Positions 13,261-27,076 are shown, numbered from the stretch's first letter. The stretch is 64,000 nucleotides of DNA from Octopus vulgaris (GCA_951406725.2 OX597824.1:27032001-27096000), one strand, 5' to 3'. A program made the numbers and translations. Notes: a model not told the origin generated them from the letters alone.

Positions 13261-15289
13261 GCTAGCGAATCAACATGGCGATCTGATTTCGGCCAGAAGT
13301 CAAAGATCAAACATGAGACGCAAGAGCGAAATTAGGGGAAATAATAGGGTTGAATGACCTCGCTCCAACATAAGAGTGTGTGTGTGTATGAGAAGAGTGT
13401 GTGTGTGTGTATGTGAGAGTATTAGTGCGTATGAGAGGTCTGGACGTGTGTATGTATATATGATGTGATGTGTAAAGTCGTATGGTGTAGTGTAGAGAGA
13501 GGAGAAGAGGGGGGAATATATATATATATATTATAATATATAAATACATGCATATTTATATACATATATATACATACATACATCTATATGTATATATACA
13601 TACATATATGGGTACAGGACATCAAAACGACGTTGAACACAATGAGAAACGAAAAGCTGTCTCCTCCAGCGTTCAGAATAAATTTTCCATCGCCTTGGCT
13701 TAACAACTCTCATCGTTTGCTTTTACGGTGTTATTCTCTTTGTTCTGTCTTTTACTGTTTTTACTGTCTTGTTTTGTTCTTACTGTCCTGTTCTTGTTAC
13801 CACTTTTACCCCTCCGCAAAAAATCCAATATTTTAATTTGCTTTGCGGGAAAGACTGTTTCAATGAAGTCGCGTCTTGTCCTTACCTTCGAACGCGGAGT
13901 AGAAGAAACAGGGACAACTGAAGAAGGGGAATTTTCCTTGTGTTGTATGTCTTGTACTCTGCTTTTTTGTTGTTTGAAAAAATGTTCGTTTCCATGTTTT
14001 TGTTTTTATGTTTTTGTTTCTCATTGTGTTCAACGTTTTTTTGATGTCCTGTACCCATATATGCATGTATATGCACACACACATACACACAAAACACACT
14101 CACACACACACACACTCACTCACTCACACACACACACATACACACACACGCACACACACACATCATAAAAGAATGAAAATGCATATATATATATATATAT
14201 ATATTTTTATTAGATTTTCATGAGTCATTTTATATATTAAACACACATACGCGCGCGTATTGACTGGAAAATAATGCAAGTAGATCTCAAAAGGTATGTC
14301 TTTTTTTTAATCATGGCTATTCAACACCACCACCAAAAACTACTACAGCTGCTGCTACTGCTGCTGCTACTGCAATACAGGTGTTTCCTTTAGTGGGGAA
14401 AACCACCTACCGTAGGCCCATCCAGGAGGATTACTGCCTCTCACTCAATTAACTCTTTACGGAAAGCTCAAGACGAACAGTTATCGATGGCATCAATTTG
14501 GTGAGTTTTCTAGCAACAGGAAATTTGCTAGGAGGATGATCGCAGACTAAATGACTGAACATCAGGGTGGATGACCGCTGAGTGGGTGACCGCAGGGTGG
14601 ATGACTGCAGGACGAATGGTTGGATTGCTGGGTGGATCGACTGAACTGCAGGGTGTATAAACACAGGGTGGAAGATAAGACGCTAAAATAATAAATCAAT
14701 CATACAGCAAATATCTATTTTTACTACAAAGGTGGATTAGGATAAAAGATGCGCTTTAATCTTAATCCTTTTCTTTTATTACAAGCCATAACTTTAGATT
14801 AGACTTGTACAGATCTCTATATATATCTAGACACGATGAGTCTGTATTGATCGAGATAGATGTACCCTGCATTTTGATAAGCACAGTGGCCCTGTAGTGG
14901 TTTCGAATTTTGTCACAAGGCCAGTAATTTTTTGGCGGAGGGGATAAGTTGATTACATCGACCCTATAGCTTAGCTGGTACTTATTTTATCGATCCCCAA
15001 GGTATGAAAGGCAATGTCGACCACAAATACCACGTGACCTAACAGTTCTGCCAGTTTGCCGCCGTTCCAGAGCCCTATATTGAGCAAAAAGAACTAACTC
15101 TTCATAGAGAAGTTACAGAATAGAGATGCGGAGAAATATATGCATACACACACAAACGAAGATGGAACACATACATAAACACACGCATAAATGCGTATAT
15201 AAAGAAACATATACACACACAGACTGACTTTCAGGGGCACGGATAAACACAGACACACATGCAGGCACGCATGCACAAACACACACACA

Positions 15290-15341
15290 CAGAAGAATGC
15301 GCATACGCGCGAGCATATAAAATATAGAGATCGGAGAGTAA

Positions 15342-15378
<37 letters not shown>

Positions 15379-15482
15379 ACACTCACACACTCACACACAC
15401 GCACACACTCACACACACGCACACAGACGAATACGCACACGTATGCATATATAGAATATAGAAACGAACAGACAGTAACAAA

Positions 15483-15518
<36 letters not shown>

Positions 15519-15760
15519 CACACACACACACGCACACACTAACACACACGCAGACAGACGAGTAAACACACGCAGACATATATAGAATGTAGAAACGAAT
15601 AGACAGTAATACACACACACAGACACACACAAGCACAGACGAATACGCACACGCACGTATATATAAAATATAGAAACGAACAGACAGTAACAAACACACA
15701 CATACACACAGACACACACATACACACTCACACACACTCTCACACACGCAATACTCACAC
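15290..15760. repeat. Compound minisatellite: ~60-bp core (CAGACGAATACGCACACG..ATATAGAAACGAACAGACAGTAAC) x4 separated by variable (CA)n
   Basis: Cores near 15290, 15425, 15555 and 15636. Confidence 0.8.
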
Positions 15761-16331
15761 ACTGTGATTGAAGCATAAAACAAAACTAAAACAAACCTGT
15801 GCGCGAGCTCACACACACGTACACAGACTCACACACACACACGCACACATACATGTACGGGCGCAAACATGCTTATTCTCATACAAAGGAACAACGTAAA
15901 TCAAACACATTGACATATGCACACACCCCCATAGGCACACACACATGCGCGCACACACACTTACATAGATGCACACACACGCAAATGCTCTTACACTCAA
16001 AAACACGCACCGCCGAAATCGTTTCTGATGTAAGTTGTAGTGTCCGTAATTGCAAGAACAACAACAAGCAACAACAGTGTTAAAAGAAGCAACAACAGTG
16101 TTAAAAGAAGCAACAAAAAATAGCAGCCGAGAGTTTATGGAAGGATAAAGTTAATACGGAACGTACGGAGATATGTGCGCGTGTACCCGCTCACACACAC
16201 ATGCATAGATGCATACATACGTACGCACACACACGCTCGCGTGCGCACACAGGCTCGCGTGCGCACACACGCACGAGTGGTCAAGCGAAAATGGCAGTCA
16301 ACACATTTGATAGGAATTACATATATATATA

Positions 16332-16480
16332 CTCTTTTACTCTACTCTTTTACTTGTTTCAGTTATTTGACTGTTGCCATGCTGGAGCACCGCCTTTAGT
16401 CGAGCAAATCGACCCCAGGACTTATTCATTGTAAGCCTAGTACCTATTCTATCGGTCGGTCTTTTGCCGAACTGGAGGGA

Positions 16481-16552
<72 letters not shown>

Positions 16553-16727
16553 AATAGATATACATATATACGACGGGCTTCTTTCAGTTTCCGTCTACCA
16601 AATCAACTCACAAGGTTCTTGATCGGCCTGAGGCTATAGTAGAAGACACTTGCCCAAGGTGCCACGCAGTGGGACTGAACCCGGAACCATGTGGCTGGTA
16701 AGCAAGCTACTTTCCACACAGTCACTC
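16332..16727 (-). mobile_element. SINE family A with internal deletion
   Basis: Reverse complement of the reference copy; the internal repeat has expanded as (CA)n. Confidence 0.88.
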
Positions 16728-16989
16728 TGAAATTGCTTACCTAAAGTAATCATAGGCGTTCCTAACCGCTCGATGTGGTTAGCCATAACTTGGTTTATAA
16801 CAGAGCGCTCGAACGGTACCCACATGGCCGCCGTCGCAAGAATGAAACGAGTAAAAGTTAAAAGTTAAGAGATATATATGTCCTGCGGACAACCACATAC
16901 GTACACACACATACACACACACACACATGCACTCACATACCTAAAACAGATTTTCACACAGACGTACGTATGTATCTATATATATGTGT

Positions 16990-17344
16990 CGTTGTCATTA
17001 GACTGAAGCCATGCTGGGGAACCGCTTTCAGGAATTTTAGTCGAACGAATCGACCGTGGTACTTAATTTTTTAAGCCTGGTACTCATTCTATCGAATCTT
17101 TTTGTTGAACCGCTAAGTTACGAGTTCATAAGTACACCAACGCTGGTTGTCAAACGGTGATGGGGCAAACACTCACACACACACACACAGACACGCACAG
17201 AGATCTTTTTGGTGATAACTGATAGTGAATTCCTATGTGTGAATATTCCGTGTGTTCCTTTGTCGCGTTTCTGTTCAAATATAAATGGATAGATAGACCG
17301 ACCGACTGACCGACAGACAGACAGAGACGACAGACAGACAGACT

Positions 17345-17410
<66 letters not shown>

Positions 17411-17447
17411 GAGGCAGATAGATAGATAGATAGATAGATAGAGAGGC

Positions 17448-17488
<41 letters not shown>

Positions 17489-17503
17489 TATATATATATA
17501 TAT

Positions 17504-17557
<54 letters not shown>

Positions 17558-17715
17558 GACGAGCATCTTTTAGTTTCCGTCTCGCAAATCCACTCACAAG
17601 GCTTTGGTCGGCCCGAGGCTATGACAAAAGACACTTACCCAAGGTGTTCTGCAGTTAGACAGGACTCGAAATCACGTCGCTTGGAATCAAACTGCTTACC
17701 ACACAGTCATAGCTC
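16990..17715 (-). mobile_element. SINE family A, diverged, with large internal (GATA)n expansion
   Basis: 3' half at 16990-17200 and 5' half at 17558-17715 flank GACA/GATA repeats. Confidence 0.75.
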
Positions 17716-18094
17716 TATAGAACTACTGCTCTATAGAAAACGAAGGACTTATATTAAGTATGCTAGTAAATTAGACCAGGTGGTTGTGTTAAGACAGATG
17801 AAGTCATCCAAAAATGCAGGAGGGAAAACCAGTGACAAATGCCCTGCAAGACGTATTGTCCAATACGCCAAATCTTCCGCCGTTCCACCACCCCGGATAA
17901 ATATTCTGTTTTACAGTATCTCCTCCTTTCTACATAACTCAACCCTGTAAGGTAAAAGGTTACGATGATCGTGGCAGGAATTGAACCTAGAGCCTTCTAT
18001 TCTTTAATTTTTATTTGTAGCGGTGATCGCATTGCGGCCGTGCTGGGGCACCACCTGTGGAGAATTTTTAGTTGAAGAAATCGAGCCCCCGGTA

Positions 18095-18168
<74 letters not shown>

Positions 18169-18263
18169 CATTATTATTATTATCATTATTATCATTATTA
18201 TTATCTTTATTATTATTATTATTATTATTATTATCATTATTATCATTATTATTATTATTATTA

Positions 18264-18295
<32 letters not shown>

Positions 18296-18752
18296 GAGTG
18301 AGAGAGCAGTGCATGCCATCAAAGTGACACTGGGGTAAAATATACGAAGCCCAATATACCCATCATGACTACCCGTCTGATAAGGGTACACCAGGCACAT
18401 GCATCACAACCATATGTGCGCGACATGGTGATCTCATATCAAGATAAACAGCACATGACCTTGCCGGTGGGGCCCAGTTAGAATTTTCTTCAGGTTGAGT
18501 AGCCCATCCCGCTCAAAAGGTCCCTGAATAAGGGTTGTTTGAGGATGTTGAAAGAACCACCCATGTTTCCAGAGGTGAATTATTCAAACCCCAAAGAATC
18601 CCTCTCAACACATGGCTATGATGCTCCCCCACTACTTCTGCTCGTGATCAGAGATGCACATATCGTCAGCCACCAAGGGACATGCTCAACTGGTTACGGT
18701 CAAACAACTGACAAGCAAATCTGTGGTATTGAGCAGAATATTTGCTGTAGCC

Positions 18753-18753
<1 letters not shown>
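18296..18753 (-). mobile_element. Complex-sequence insert (probable non-LTR retrotransposon 3' end) inside a (TAA)n tract
   Basis: 458 bp of non-simple sequence with long (ATT)n directly on both sides and no ORF. (TAA)n targeting is known for R4/Dong-type elements; the family and strand are inference. Confidence 0.55.
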
Positions 18754-18825
<72 letters not shown>

Positions 18826-19333
18826 TTAATTTCGAACCTTGGTTCTCATCCTAAGGTATTTTTCGATGTCATTATTATTATTATTATTATCATCATTATT
18901 ATTATTTTAATTCTGGTATCGATTCAATCGGTATCTTGTGCTGAAAAGCTTACTTACGCGACGTAAACAAACCAGCAACGGTTGACAATGGGTGCAAACA
19001 CAACATAAATACAGAAACACACACACACACTTAAATATGCACGTATACATATATACATACGTACATGCATATATACATACATGCACATGACATGGTGGTT
19101 GTCCACTTGTTTAGCGAGAATGACCATTACTGGCAGGTAAGGGTCATCTTTTAACGCAGGCGTGTGGGTCTATCTAGTGGTTAGGGTGTTGATCTCACGA
19201 ATGAGGTTTCGACACCTGGACCGGGCGACGTGTTGCATTCTTGCGCAAAACACTTAATTTCATGTTGCTCCAGTTCACCCAGCTGGTAAAAATGAGTAGT
19301 CCTGCGAAGGACTGGCGTCCCATCCAGGGGTAA

Positions 19334-19379
<46 letters not shown>

Positions 19380-19381
<2 letters not shown>

Positions 19382-19551
19382 TTAGCCACTACACACATTT
19401 TTTCTCTCCTTGTTTTTTTCTGTGTCCCTTTCTGTAGAAGAGCCTAGGCTCGAAACGTAAAAGACTTTTTTCTATTCCTAAGCGTTATACTAATACATCT
19501 GTTTGTTTTCTACACCACCTGTCTTCGTCTTTTGTTTGTTTCGTAAATTCT

Positions 19552-19555
<4 letters not shown>
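19380..19555 (+). mobile_element. Hammerhead-bearing short element, copy 3, inside a (TA)n tract within a SINE
   Basis: (TA)n on both sides and homologous to the other copies. Confidence 0.75.
19428..19463 (+). ncRNA. Minimal type I hammerhead-like motif
   Basis: CUUU-CUGUAGA-A-GAGC-CUAG-GCUC-GAAAC-GU-A-AAAG. Confidence 0.65.
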
Positions 19556-19620
<65 letters not shown>

Positions 19621-19662
19621 GGGAACTGGGAAACCGGTCCTTATGAGCCCATAGCGCTTATA

Positions 19663-19900
19663 CAGCGCTGGTTTAACCATTAAGCAAAATAAGCATGTGC
19701 TTAGGGCATCAAGTGAAGAGGGGAGTACCACAGTAATGGTAAATGGTTTATGGCACAAAAGAAATCACTTTAAACTTGCTAAAATAATATTCAGGGTGTC
19801 TTATCTCTACTAAGTATAGATAGAAGCAGATGTGTTAGGTGAGATTAATTTTCAAGAACTGATCAAAGACTGCAATTAAAAATAAGTGAGAGAAAATTTT
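19663..19900 (+). mobile_element. Probable DNA-transposon end fragment; second copy at 34350-34597
   Basis: Both read GCTGG(T/A)TTAACCATT(A/T)AGCAAA(A/T)TAAGCA(T/C)GTGCTTAG(G/A)GCATC...AATGGTAAATGGTT..AAACTTGCT..AAAATAATATTC. A hAT-like start is inference. Confidence 0.55.
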
Positions 19901-20371
19901 TCATATATAAGTAAAGTGGAACATCAACGTCCTTCGGCTACAGAAGATGCCACGCGGTGGGACTGAACTCGGAACCATGTGGGTGGGAATAGTTTCTTTC
20001 AGTTTTCGTATACCGAATGCACTCACAACGCTTTGGTCGGTCCCGGGGTTATTGTTGAAAACACTCTACCAAATTGCAGCGCAGTGAGACGGAACGCAAG
20101 AACATTTGGTTGCAAAACAATTTTATCAGTCACGCAGCCACGCGTGCGCTTATATAAATCGAAACAACTGCATTCACCGCTTCCTTACTGCAAATACCCC
20201 TAAAGAAAAGTAGAGTCAACAAGTGAGTCTCTTCGTTGTCAGGAAAGTTGCTAGAAACAGCAGCCAAATTTCGCTGAAATTTCAAACTAATGTATTTGAT
20301 AAAAACAAACAAACAAAACTAACATATTTGATAATATGATTTGGGTGGGTGGGTGGGTCTTTCCTGTACGA

Positions 20372-20845
20372 AGTGAAACAAATGCGGTGGCCATCGCTGG
20401 CACGCCTTTGATCGAATGGCTGACACACGACTCCCTAATCGACTGCTTAGCAGGGAAATGGAGGAACGTAAGCACGTGAAAGGTGGACAGAAAGAGCGCT
20501 TGAAGGATACACCCAAAGTCTCTCTGAAGTGCTTTGAGATAAAATCCGACTTCTCGGGAAACGCAAGCACAAGATAACACCTCCTGGCGAAGCTACACCG
20601 ACAAAGGTGACAACCACCTCCTATGAAGAGAGCAGGATTGCAGGCATATGAAAAAAAATGCGAGCTACGCAAGTCCAGAGTCAAGTTCTTGCCTTCAGTC
20701 CCAACAGATCACCGGTGCCCGATCTCCTGTAGAGCCTCCCGAACTCGCATCGTACTGATTGGCCACGGCCGGACATAGCGCGCTCGTCTTCTTTACCCAT
20801 GAGATGTTTTTTTTTTGTCATCGCCGACAACTACGGACGAACTAA
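20372..20845 (+). mobile_element. RTE-clade LINE 3' fragment (decayed ORF C-terminus + 3' end)
   Basis: Translation RMADTRLPNRLLSREMEERKHVKGGQKERLKDTPKVSLKCFEI..., then decayed W-E-x-x-A-x-D and a C2H2-like end (HRCP..RASRTRIVLIGHGRT*), matching the RTE/BovB-type C-terminus. Confidence 0.85.
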
Positions 20846-21492
20846 TGACTAAATAGTTCCCCTGCAAATAACTCGTGTCAACGTGGGAGTCTGTTAGTGT
20901 TCACGAAATTTGCAAGAAATAGCAGTTAAATTTCTCTCAAATTACAAACTATTGAATTAACTCTTTAACACTTTAGCCTGTTTCAGCTTTAAAGCAGCGG
21001 TCATGCTGCCCACACCCCACAAAAACACCCCCCAAACCCTTCCCCCCCACCAAAAAAAAAACCAAGAACAAAATACCCAAACAAATAAACAAGTAAAAAC
21101 ATTTTATAATGTGGTCCGGGGGCGCGGGTCTTCCCTACACGAAAACAAACAGATGCGATGGCCATGGGTGGTAGGTATGCTTTTGATCATTGGTTAGATC
21201 GATCAGGGTTGCCCTGGGTCTAAACCGCAAAAATGAGGAAAAGAGAGAGAGAGGGAGACAGAGGGGGACGAGAGGGGGGGCGTATATAGAGAAAGAGACG
21301 GAAAGATAAATAGATTAATAGATAATCTAATATATAAATAGATTGATCAATATCGATAGGTCGATAGATATTTGTTTCTTTTCCTTTCACTTGCTTTGTC
21401 TGTGTGTATGTCCCTCTGTAGATCTGTAGATGCGTGTGTGTATAAATGTATATATATATGTGTGTGTGTGTATATATATATGTGTGTGTATG

Positions 21493-21537
<45 letters not shown>

Positions 21538-21659
21538 ATGTATATATGTGTGTGTGTATATGTGTGTATGTATATATGTGCGTGTATATATATATATATA
21601 CATCTACTGATTAAATACAATTTGTGTGTGTGTATGCATATATGTATGCATCTGTCTGT

Positions 21660-21718
21660 TTGTCTGCCTGTCTGTGTCCCTTTCTCTCTCCCTTTCTCTC
21701 TCCCTCTCTTTCACACTC

Positions 21719-21775
<57 letters not shown>

Positions 21776-22406
21776 TAATCTATCTATCTATCTCTTTTTC
21801 ATCCTTTTATTCTCTCTCTTTCTCCATCTCCTTTTCTCACCACTTTCCCCCTTCTCTCTCTCTCTCTCTCTTTCTCTTTCTCTTTCTCTTTCTCTCTATA
21901 TTTTCGCCTTCTGTCTGTCAACCCGTCTCTCTCTCTCTCTCTCTCCCTCTCCTCTATCCCCTCTCCCTTTCACATACACAAATCTCTTCGTATCTCTTCG
22001 TTTCCCCGCTCTCCGCTTACCCCCCACCCTCCCTCCCTCTCACATAAACACACAAAAACTATCTCTTCTTTCTCTCTTTCCCCGTCTTCCCTCCTCTCTC
22101 TCTCTCTCTCTCTCACTCATTTTCTCTAATCGCAACCTTTTCCAATTCCCACTGGTTCTCATGTCTTCCTCTTTCCTGTCTTTTACTCTTTCCCTCTCAC
22201 ATTGTCTTTCACTCTTTCCATACCTCTCTCAATAAATTCACCGTGATTGTATCATTCCGAACCTTTCTCTTTCTTTCTCTCTTTCTTCCACCCTCTCATT
22301 CATTCTCTCTTATTAATCTGTCTTTTCCCTTATGTCTCTCATATCCTCTCTTATTTACTCCCACCTTCCTCTCACTGTGTGAGCTGACTCTTTCTATTTT
22401 AACCAT

Positions 22407-22438
<32 letters not shown>

Positions 22439-22711
22439 CCTCTCTCGATACTTTCACACGTTCACCGAATCACACTTCGACCACCACGCTACGATTTTCG
22501 CGCTTCTTTCTTCTCTTCAATTTTTTCCTTCTTTCTATCCTTTTCCCCTCTCCCTTTCTTCCCCTCTCTCTCTCTCTCTCACACACACATACACACACAC
22601 ACACATCCACTGCTCCACCTCTCAACCTTTTCTTCACCTTCTTTCGACATCTCTTCCTTTTATTTATCCCTCTTTCTCTCTTTCTCTCTCTCACCCTCAC
22701 CCTTTCACGTA

Positions 22712-22750
<39 letters not shown>

Positions 22751-23021
22751 ACACACACACACACGTTCTCTTCCCCCCTCACTCTTGCACCATCTCACTC
22801 CTCTGCCTACGCCTCTCTCTGCCGTAACACCACTTCAGACTCATCATCGTCTAAGCTACCACTCAATCGGCCAGTTAACACACAAACACACACACACACG
22901 CGTAAACTTAAACACACACACTTAACACACACACACACACACACATATCTATCTCCCACCTTCCCTCCTTACATTCCCTATCATTGCTCCGTCTGTCAAT
23001 CAATCAGTTTGTCTCTGTATC

Positions 23022-23060
<39 letters not shown>

Positions 23061-23467
23061 CTCTCTCTCTCTTTCACTTACTTTTCCTCCCCTTCCACCT
23101 TTTGTCTTCTCCTCTGCCAACACCCACCGGCCACCGCCACTGCCGACATCTCGCCGTACAGACACTCCTATCTCCCTCCTAATTAAACTATTATTACTAC
23201 TCTTACCACCACCACCTGGTTTTTTCACTCTCTCTAACTCTTTATCTTTCTCTCACTCACTCTCTCACTCTCCATCTCTCTCTCGTTCGCTCCACTCATT
23301 TCTGTCTCTATCTGCCACCACAACTCACCTTTCATTTCACTCCTACTACTGCCGTAACAACAACAACTACAACAACAACAACAACAACAACAGCAACAAC
23401 AACAATCTTTTGCTTCGTAATCACTCAAGCCGTCCAGCCAGCAAGTAATCACATCCCTCACACACAC

Positions 23468-23547
<80 letters not shown>

Positions 23548-23609
23548 GCACACACACACACACGCTCACACATCTACACACGCACACGCTCTCACACAGA
23601 GGTACACAC

Positions 23610-23666
<57 letters not shown>

Positions 23667-25320
23667 CATATACACAATCTCTGTCACATACATACGGACA
23701 CACGCATACATGCGCACGTACGCACTCACGCACGCATGCTCATACACAAACATATACACACACCATACTCATACATGCACACACACACGCACACACACAC
23801 ACACACACACATACACGCACACACACGAACAACACACTTTTTACTGTCTGTCACACACATGCAAAAACATACATACCCACACACACACATAGAGTTACAT
23901 ACATGCACTCACACGCCGCTACCGGGAGACTGCAAGTGGTCGTTGGACCGACTAGAAAAAGCAGCCAAATCGCCCTCAGAGTGCCCATTGCTATTATAAA
24001 TAAAGAAATAGGGAGTTTGGATAAATGGGGGAGTTCGGTTTCCGGGAATCTAGGGAATCAAGCGGGATGGATGGTAATGGATGGAACGCCTTTGATCAAA
24101 GGTGTGTTAAACAGGGCTTGACCTGGGGCTATACAACAAAAACAGCAATAACAATGCCACAGTCACACAAACACACAAGCACGTTAACACACACATACAC
24201 ATACACACACACACACACACGCGCGCACTCACGCACGCACACGCAAACGCACACGCACGCGTGCATACAGGCATCTCTCTCTCTGCTTTCCTCGCCTTCT
24301 CTCACGCACACACGACTATATACACAACGACACACACATACACACACACACATACATACGGTATCCACCTCACACACACACACATGCTCTCGCTCTCTAT
24401 CTTCTCTCTCTCTCTCTCTCATTCTCATTCATACACTAATTCTTCCTCACTTTCTTAAACGCATCGTTTATATCCCTCTCTTATTTGTTAGTGTCTCCAT
24501 ATTCAGTTCTCTGACCACTCCTCGCCTCTACTCCTTCTCCTCTGTCCCTCTCCCCTACTATCCTTTTCCCTTTATCTCCCTATTCTGTATCTCCCTTCCT
24601 CCATATCTCCCTCTCACTTTCTCTCTTCTGCCTACTCCTCACATCACCTCCCACTACTTTTATCTCTCACGTTTGCTATCTTATGCTCTCACCTCTGCCT
24701 TTCTCTCATTTCATCTTCCTCCGTCTCTGCTTCCCTTCTCTAACCGCTCCTCGTATCATCTGTCTCTCACTCACTATCTTCCTCTACGTTTATACGCTCA
24801 ACTCTGCCTACTCCTCCTAAATTTTACGCCCTTCTTACTGCCTCTCTCTACCTCTCTCTCATACTCTTTTGCTATCTATATCTATCTATTTTGCATACTC
24901 CTCTCTTCCTTCCCTTCACCTCTCTTATTCTCCCCCTCTCCCTCTCTCTGACTCGCTGTCTATCTAAAGTCTCTCCTCACCCTGTTCCTCATACTTCACC
25001 ACTATTCCTCTTTCTCCTACACTCTGTCTCTCTCTTTCTATCTTTTTTATCTATCAATGTATCTCTCTATTTTCTTTCTATCTTTCTCTGGGTGTGTGTC
25101 TCTCTCTATCTATAACTATTTCTCTCTCTCTATCTTTAACTATTTTCCCTCCCCCACTCTCTCTCTATCTATCTATCTATCTAATTATCTCTGTCTATCT
25201 CTCTATCTATATACTCATACCTCTACCTGCTCCCCATTTCACGTAAATCCCATCCTCTCCCCCTCTTTCTCTCGTTTTCATCCTCTCTCTTTCCGTCTCT
25301 CTTTCCGAACATTGCCGTAA
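21660..25320. repeat. Long strand-asymmetric pyrimidine-rich low-complexity domain (CT-rich, with CA tracts)
   Basis: G is nearly absent from the + strand over most of ~3.6 kb. Confidence 0.85.
23928..24152 (+). repeat. Old dispersed repeat family E (CTAGAAA(T/A)AGCAGCCAAAT ... GACCTGGGGCTA(A/T)ACAAC)
   Basis: Motifs recur near 8612(-), 9765-9850, 20250, 20912, 21178-21225, 39510-39556(-), 49983(-) and 50215(-). Confidence 0.6.
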
Positions 25321-26281
25321 CTAACACACACACACACACACACACATACACATGCACACACGCACACACACATGCACACACGCACAACTTCCCCACCCAC
25401 CCATCCTTCCCTCCCTCCCTCCCGTCATCCATCCATTCATTTTCTACAACTAAACTACAACTCACACACACACACAGTCAGTCAGTCACTTAAACCAACG
25501 AACCAACGAACCAACCGACCGACCGACCGACCGGCCAACCAACCAATTACAACCAAACCAACCAACCAACATCCACTCCAGGCCAGCAAGCCAGCCAGCA
25601 TCCTCCCAGCCAAACCAACCAACCAACCTACAAGCCTACCAACCAGCCAGCCAGCTTGCCTGCCTGATTTCCACTTCGTATTCCAACCATTCACCGGCCA
25701 ACGTTACCACAAAACACAACAGAAATCTTTTAAGCTCGGCGACTCTTCTTTGCAGTTCTTATATACAAAAACGGGGAAAAAATATCTACCTCATCGTTTT
25801 GACAGGCATTTCTTATCTTGTAATGACTGGTAAGTAATTTATACGTTGTATGATCTTCTCTAAATCATATATTAATTAAGACTACAATTAGGCTTAATTA
25901 TTATTATTTAGTCTGTGTGATTAAGTATCATTATCGTTATTGTTGTTGACTTTCGTTCGATTTCACTTTAGTGGCATTTCCGTATTTCTCCATCCAACTA
26001 TCTATCTATCTATCTATCTATCTATATATCTGCCTGTCTGTCTATCTGTCTATCTACCTATCTATCTATATGCATATGCATATACAACATATATGTACAC
26101 CACCGTACGTACGTACATGCATACATGCATATATATACGTGCATACATACATTGATACATACATTCATACATACATACATACATACACACATACATACAT
26201 GCACACACGTGTATGTGTATGCATGTGTATATATATACATTATATGTATATATATATATATAGTATTTATATATGCATATG

Positions 26282-26346
<65 letters not shown>

Positions 26347-26486
26347 GTGTTTCTCCTGTCATATTCGATTAATCAAAGAACCTGACGCGCGTGTAAACAC
26401 ATTGAGACCGAAAAATACGGATGAACATACACACATCTTGCATGTATAGACAGCTACATGTAAAAGTGAAAGCAGTTACTTCACGT

Positions 26487-26519
<33 letters not shown>

Positions 26520-27076
26520 CATACATACATGCATATACATACATATATACATACATACATACATACATATATACATATATACATATATACATGCATATAT
26601 ATATACATACACATATATAGATACATAGAAACATATATGAGTAGAAACATACTTGTATATATAAACACGTATGTGTATGCATGCGGGGGGTGTTTGTGCG
26701 TATGTGTGTGTGCGTGTGTGTGTGTGCATGTGAATAACAGAAACACACACACACACATTTTAGATTTATTTGCGTACTCTAATTTTAAGCACACTCGGTT
26801 TGAGGAGACTTTGTGCGTTGTACGTGTATCCATACATACAAACACACACACACACAGACCTGCAAACATATATACATACATACATCTATCTCTATCTATA
26901 TATTTGAGACTGTGTGTGTGTGTGTATGTGTGTGGTGAGCAGCATGCTTCAAAACAGTTGTGTAAATAGGCATTAACTTTCCCGATCGTCTTAAAACATT
27001 TGTAGCTGTTTTCTTTATATCGTCAATCGTTCAGGCATATATAGAGCGCGGATACAATACAAGTGTATGTACCTCC

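Larger units (their letters stand above)
19159..19655 (+). mobile_element. CORE-headed SINE (same tail type) split by (TA)n, a hammerhead element and (GT)n
   Basis: Head and CORE at 19159-19300; the tail resumes as GGGAAACCGGTCCTTATGAGCCC at 19628. Confidence 0.7.

Noticed and set aside
13880-13935. Permuted (type II) hammerhead in family F
   Set aside because: No stem I hairpin is present and GAAAC is not intact at the required position.
14380-14500. AG...GTGAGT-bounded candidate exon and adjacent 15-bp CAGGGTGGATGACCG repeats
   Set aside because: All three frames contain stops, and the repeats could not be assigned to an element.
24025-24951. Longest ORF (308 aa)
   Set aside because: It starts in repeat family E and stays open only because CT/CA-rich DNA lacks stop codons.
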